A DNA stretch of 40,145 nucleotides from positions 2,294,001 through 2,334,145 of the forward strand of contig PS015009.1 in the NCBI GenBank assembly GCA_048213135.1. Reading direction: 5' to 3'. This document shows positions 36,036 to 40,145 of this stretch, in pieces (the stretch's first letter is position 1; every line of letters begins with the position of its first letter). This DNA is from Reclinomonas americana ATCC 50394 (Eukaryota). A program made the position numbers and the translations under genes. Below the pieces are notes generated by a model. It had not been told where the DNA came from, did no database searches, and worked only from the letters and a program-made list of their open reading frames with translations.

Positions 36036-36766
36036 TTAACGGGAACTTTTATCTTTCAGTTTTTTAGCCAGCTTCATTGAGTGCTTTAATGAGTTTATAT
36101 TATTCCAGTCGCTGTGTGAAATGATAATGAACTTTGGGTCAGCACATTTTTTCTGAACTTTTTTTAGAGTAGAATAATAGGCCATTACATTCGCATCTTC
36201 CCAATAGCCCAGGTTTTCAGCATCTGCGCCTTTTATTAAGCAACCTCCATAAAGAACTTTTTGTTTGTCAAACCAAATAACAATATTATCTGCCGTATGC
36301 CCTTGCCCTGGATAATATGTTTCAAATGAATATTGTTCAATGTTGAACACGGTATCTTTTGCCAGTAGAAACTCAGCTCTTTTCTTTTTTTTACTCAATT
36401 CATCAGTAAGAACGGTTGTGTATGTTTTAATTCCCTGCTGCCGGTAATATTCAAGTCCTGCTGTTCTGTCGCTATGCCAATGGGTTGCAATACACATTAT
36501 CACACTTGTATTGTGTTTAAATTTATGCTGTCGAGTAATGGTTGAAATTGTGTTGTGTCTCAGGGCGTGTCAAACAATACAACACCATTATTTGTTACAA
36601 AGTACATTCCATTTACTGGTATTTTGCTCCCTTCATAAGTATTGTAAGTTGTGTAAATATAAAAGTCGCCTGCCAGATGTGAGATTTTAAGTTTCGTTTC
36701 TTCTGCCTGTCCAAAAGTATTGCTGCAGATTAAGAAGAACGTAATTGCCCAAATAATTTTTCTCAC
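36036..36766 (-). pseudogene. Subclass B1 metallo-beta-lactamase (BlaB/IND/MUS-like), disrupted by a nonsense codon and a frameshift
   Basis: Joins ORFs 36560-36796 and 36036-36503. DTP*D has TGA at a Trp position (36562-36560), and one base is lost near 36521-36525. Zn ligands are intact: HWHSD, GHTADN, GGC, ISH. Confidence 0.85.
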
Positions 36767-36793
36767 TTTATTTCTTGTATCATTGTTTGGGTG

Positions 36794-36837
36794 CAAATGT
36801 ATTGCAGCGCAATGCTGAATGATTTGACCTAAGTCAA
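36794..36837 (-). promoter_or_regulatory. Fnr-type palindrome TTGAC-N4-GTCAA (36824-36837) overlapping the crp stop codon, plus -7 element TACATTTG (36801-36794) of the MBL gene
   Basis: Perfect 5-4-5 palindrome resembling TTGAT-N4-ATCAA; exact TAnnTTTG. Confidence 0.7.
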
Positions 36838-37403
36838 GTCTTTAATTTTTTTCTTATCCGGCTCAATCTTTCCTGGGTAATACCCAAATAAGCCGCAATG
36901 TGGAAAAGGGGGATTTTCTCAATTAATAACGGTTGCCGCAGTAGTAGTTTCTTATAGCGTTGTTCGGCTGTTAGGGAAATGGCTTCTATAACCCTGTTTT
37001 CAAGAATGGATACATAGTTTGCCATTATATTATTAGTGATAGTGGTGTATTTATTTGCGGAGCAGGCTTTTTGAAAATCTTTTAATTCACAAATCAGTAC
37101 TTTGCTGTCAAGTACAGCTTCGATTGCAAAATTATTTGCAACTCCTTTCAATAATGAAGTGGGACAGCAATCAACGTCACCCTCGAATGTGAAGCCAAGA
37201 ATATGGGCTTTATTATTTTTTTTGATAGAGGTTTTAAATGCACCACTTATAATGTAAAAAAAGAAAGAAGGATGTGAACCGTGCCGTATAATTGTTTCCC
37301 CTTTTTCAATGTACTTTTCCTTCCCTATTTTCTGAATGACTGAAAAAAAATATTTTGACTGTTTTTCAGGTATGTTGCTAAATAGAAATTCTGGGGAAAT
37401 CAT
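36834..37403 (-). CDS. Crp/Fnr family transcriptional regulator
   Basis: cNMP-binding domain (KGETIIRHG, FYIISG, IEAVLDS) and TAEQRY...IPLFHIAAYLGITQERLSRIRK. Confidence 0.9.
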   Translation of the reverse strand: MISPEFLFSNIPEKQSKYFFSVIQKIGKEKYIEKGETIIRHGSHPSFFFYIISGAFKTSIKKNNKAHILGFTFEGDVDCCPTSLLKGVANNFAIEAVLDSKVLICELKDFQKACSANKYTTITNNIMANYVSILENRVIEAISLTAEQRYKKLLLRQPLLIEKIPLFHIAAYLGITQERLSRIRKKLKT

Positions 37404-37652
37404 AGATTTTATTTCTAGGACAGGTAAAGTTTCTTATCAGTTAGTATCAACAGGCAGCAATATACCCATCTAAATCCGAATGATTACATGTGTCTTGCCG
37501 GTTAGCTAATTCTCTTTCCAATAACTTTTATCAATGTGCTAATATAGGCTGTATTTGATAAATCTCACCCCTTTCACCCCAGCTTGATCCCGTCCATTCC
37601 TGTTGAAATTCATCTGCAGAACCAATAAAACGCCGCCTGGCCTGCCTGTGTT

Positions 37653-37752
37653 CAAAAGCCTTTCAAAAATGGAAGTCTTTTTTATATCCTTTTCATTTTT
37701 GGTGCTGCCCGGTTATTGCGCTGTGTTCTTGTACCAGGAGGTCACTGATTCG
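37653..37752 (+). repeat. Degenerate copy of the tRNA-Pro terminator followed by tRNA-Pro internal sequence
   Basis: CAAAAGCCTTTCAAAAATGGAAGTCTTTTT matches 33014-33043. GCCCGGTTATTGCGC...ACCAGGAGGTCAC matches tRNA GCCCGGTTATCGCGC...ACCAGGAGGTCGC. Confidence 0.8.
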
Positions 37753-38033
37753 GGTTCATATTTTTCGGAATTAAATGGAAAAAAGATTTTCCGAAATAAC
37801 ACCACTAAAACAGGTGATAACAAAACCGCCAGAATGTTCTTGTTTAAATCTATTCTTTGTTATTGGGTCCAGAATCACATTAAAACTGCAACCTTTTTTG
37901 TCTAATAAAAGTCTTTTCGTTACCCAAACCTGGCAGGTATCGTAGTAATATATAATTACATAAAACGAATAAGTAATTATGATTTATAAAACGTATCCCC
38001 TCTCTTCTGCCGGGCTTTCTTAAACACGCATAC

Positions 38034-40145
38034 ATGAAAAAAACATTCACCCTTTTAGTATTTATTTTTATCTCTTTCTATGGTGCATCCGCACAGGATT
38101 TTATTACTAAATGGTCTTTCCCTGCTGCGGCAACATCCATCAGCTTTAACGCACAAACAGCAGTTGGTTCAGTCAGTTATACCTGGTCTGCTTCACCGTC
38201 GGGGAATAGCGGTAGTGGCAGCTTTACCATGACTTCAGCCGGGGTAGTAACGCTAAGCAGCATGATCATTGGCGCAGGGGATGTAGTTACCCTTAGTATG
38301 CAGCCAGCCAATCTGAGGAGGTTTTACACAAACCCGAGTGCAGATGCGGCAAAGCTTACAGATGTGGCCCAATGGGGAGCCGTGCCATGGACAAGTATGA
38401 ACAGTATGTTTCAGAACTGTATAAATTTAAATATCTCAGCTACTGATATACCTGACCTGTCGGCCGTAACAGATATGTCCGATATGTTTTATGGGTGTAC
38501 CTCTTTGAATAGCCCTTCCAACATCAATAACTGGAATACCACAGCCGTTACTAATATGTACAGGCTGTTTTGGGGCGCAGCGGCTTTCAACCAGCCCATT
38601 GGCGGTTGGAATACCGAAAATGTAACGACTATGGAGAGAATGTTTAGGAATGCTACCGCTTTCAACCAACCCATTGGCGGTTGGAATACGGGCAATGTAA
38701 CGACTATGTATCGCATGTTTAATAACGCAACTGCTTTCAACCAACCCATTAGCGGTTGGAGTACGGACAACGTAACGACTATGCTTGGCATGTTTGCTGA
38801 TGCTACCTCTTTTAACCAGCCCATCGGCAATTGGAATACTTCCCGGGTAGGAGATTTTTATTACATGTTTGCGAATGCTACGGCTTTCAATCAGCCCATT
38901 AATAGCTGGAATACAAGTGTACTGGGGAGAACGTCGTACATGTTTCAAAATGCATCATCCTTCAACCAGCCCATTGATAATTGGAATATGAGCAATGTAT
39001 TTAATATGCAGGATATGTTTTCAGGTGCAACTTCCTTTAACCAGGATATTGGCTCGTGGACATTGAGAACAAATGTAGTTATGAGCAATATGCTGGATAA
39101 CAGTGGTATGGATTATTGCAATTATTCAGCTACACTAAAGGGCTGGGCAATCAATAACCCAACCATTACCGGGGTTTCTTTGGGTGCTGCCAATATGCGA
39201 TACACCTCAGCAATCGCAAATGCTGAACGTACACAACTGGTTAATACCAGGGGTTGGACAATTGCCGGCGATGCACAAGTAAGTTTCAATCCATTACTGG
39301 TACCGGCTGGTTCAACGATTGTTGCCACTCCGTCCTGCGATGAGGGTGTGTATATGCAGCCCGCCAGCGCAATTAATAAATTACTGGGACTGAATGCCAA
39401 CGGCAACAGTTTTGATTATGGAACAGCAACTGTTACTGTCACCAATGCCTTTGCTGCTGCTTTACCTTCCGGCGCTACGACTGATGCCAGCGGATTTTAT
39501 GAAATGAACAGCGGCAGCAATACCTTTCGGGTAAGCCGCCGGATGCATACCATACAGGCACCGGGCTCTTATACTACCAACGGAGGTGTTATTGTGAGGG
39601 TATATTACGACCCCGCAGAAATAACGGCACTGACAGATAATGGTACTTTNNNNNNNNNNNNNNNNNNNNGCCTGCAGGCAGCAACCCGCTGATCCAGCAG
39701 GGCTGGTTCAAATCCTCCCAGCACAGTGCGCAGGATATTGTTAATGATATGACACCCGTAACACTCAACAATGCCATACAGGTTACGCCTACAGGGTCCG
39801 GCACAGAAAATGGAGTGAATTATGTGGAATTTACCTTGCCCTCTTTCAGCACCATTGGATACTATGCCACCACAAGCGCCATCATACTGCCTGTAAAACT
39901 GGTGTACTTTACCGGTGCTTCTAATAGCTGTGCGGTTAGCCTGCAATGGAAAACAGCTTTGGAAAGTAACGTATCCTATTTTGAAGTTGAAAGGAGCAGC
40001 GATGCTGTTTATTACTCAGTGGTATATACGCAGATGCCAGCCGCTCAATCAACCGGGGCTGTTTACAATTACACAGACAAAGCCGTTACCGATGGCAGCC
40101 GTTATTACTACCGGTTAAAGACCGTGGATAATGATGGCAGGTACG
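38034..40145 (+). CDS. DUF285/BspA-like 25-residue repeat surface protein, probable T9SS cargo (spans an N gap, 3' truncated)
   Basis: Signal peptide; QWGAVPWTSM; tandem FNQPIGGWNTxNVTTMxxMF repeats. After the gap the frame starting at 39671 is open to the window end and includes LPVKLVYF...LQWKTALE...FEVERS...YYRLKTVDNDG. Confidence 0.85.
38510..39060 (+). repeat. Intragenic 75-bp tandem repeat (about 7 units)
   Basis: GCTTTCAACCA(G/A)CCCATT recurs at 38583, 38658 and 38733, with more divergent copies at the same period. Confidence 0.85.

Larger units (their letters stand above)
33390..37650. mobile_element. AT-rich accessory islet at tRNA-Pro, decaying, with no integrase in view
   Basis: Visibly lower GC than the core region, all genes on the minus strand, two pseudogenes, bracketed by tRNA-Pro-derived sequence on both sides. 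Confidence 0.65.

Noticed and set aside
36560-36562. TGA-to-Trp recoding in the MBL gene
   Set aside because: Other genes here end in TGA (2470, 5058, 36834) and use TGG for Trp; a separate frameshift also breaks this gene.
37603-37905. 100-aa ORF with TTG start
   Set aside because: No recognisable motif, and it overlaps the degenerate terminator/tRNA-Pro relic.

Overview
Chromosomal segment of a Bacteroidota bacterium, probably Chitinophagaceae-like. This is inferred from TAnnTTTG -7 promoter elements, T9SS cargo proteins and dnaA without an adjacent dnaN. It comes from a draft assembly with two 20-N gaps. Positions 1-33013 are mostly core genes: partial dsbD, a GT39 glycosyltransferase, a Crp/Fnr-TauE-persulfide dioxygenase/rhodanese-YeeE/YeeE sulfur cluster, an ECF sigma factor, uvrA, a cluster of an S74-chaperone beta-helical fibre, a T9SS protein and a small secreted protein, glyA, a sugar nucleotidyltransferase, fabK, an SLBB/Wzz pair, an ABC-2 exporter, an FAD oxidoreductase, DUF3127, a split 5'-nucleotidase, dnaA, tRNA-Ser(GCT) and tRNA-Pro(TGG). 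After tRNA-Pro comes a tandem array of ~109-bp tRNA-Pro-derived units whose anticodon arm is replaced by a palindrome. An AT-rich, integrase-free islet follows (MarR, SDR remnant, VOC, serine hydrolase, a broken subclass B1 metallo-beta-lactamase, Crp/Fnr). It carries an attC-like palindrome and is closed by another degenerate tRNA-Pro/terminator copy. The window ends in a DUF285/BspA-like repeat surface protein. The most notable observations are: (1) the tRNA-derived repeat array and the islet it brackets; (2) a recurring architecture in which Crp/Fnr-type boxes, two of them overlapping the regulator's own stop codon, are centred exactly 29.5 bp from the next gene's -7 element at three sites; (3) inverted arrays of 7-bp microrepeats starting at stop codons. 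All family assignments are from motif recognition only; no database searches were run.
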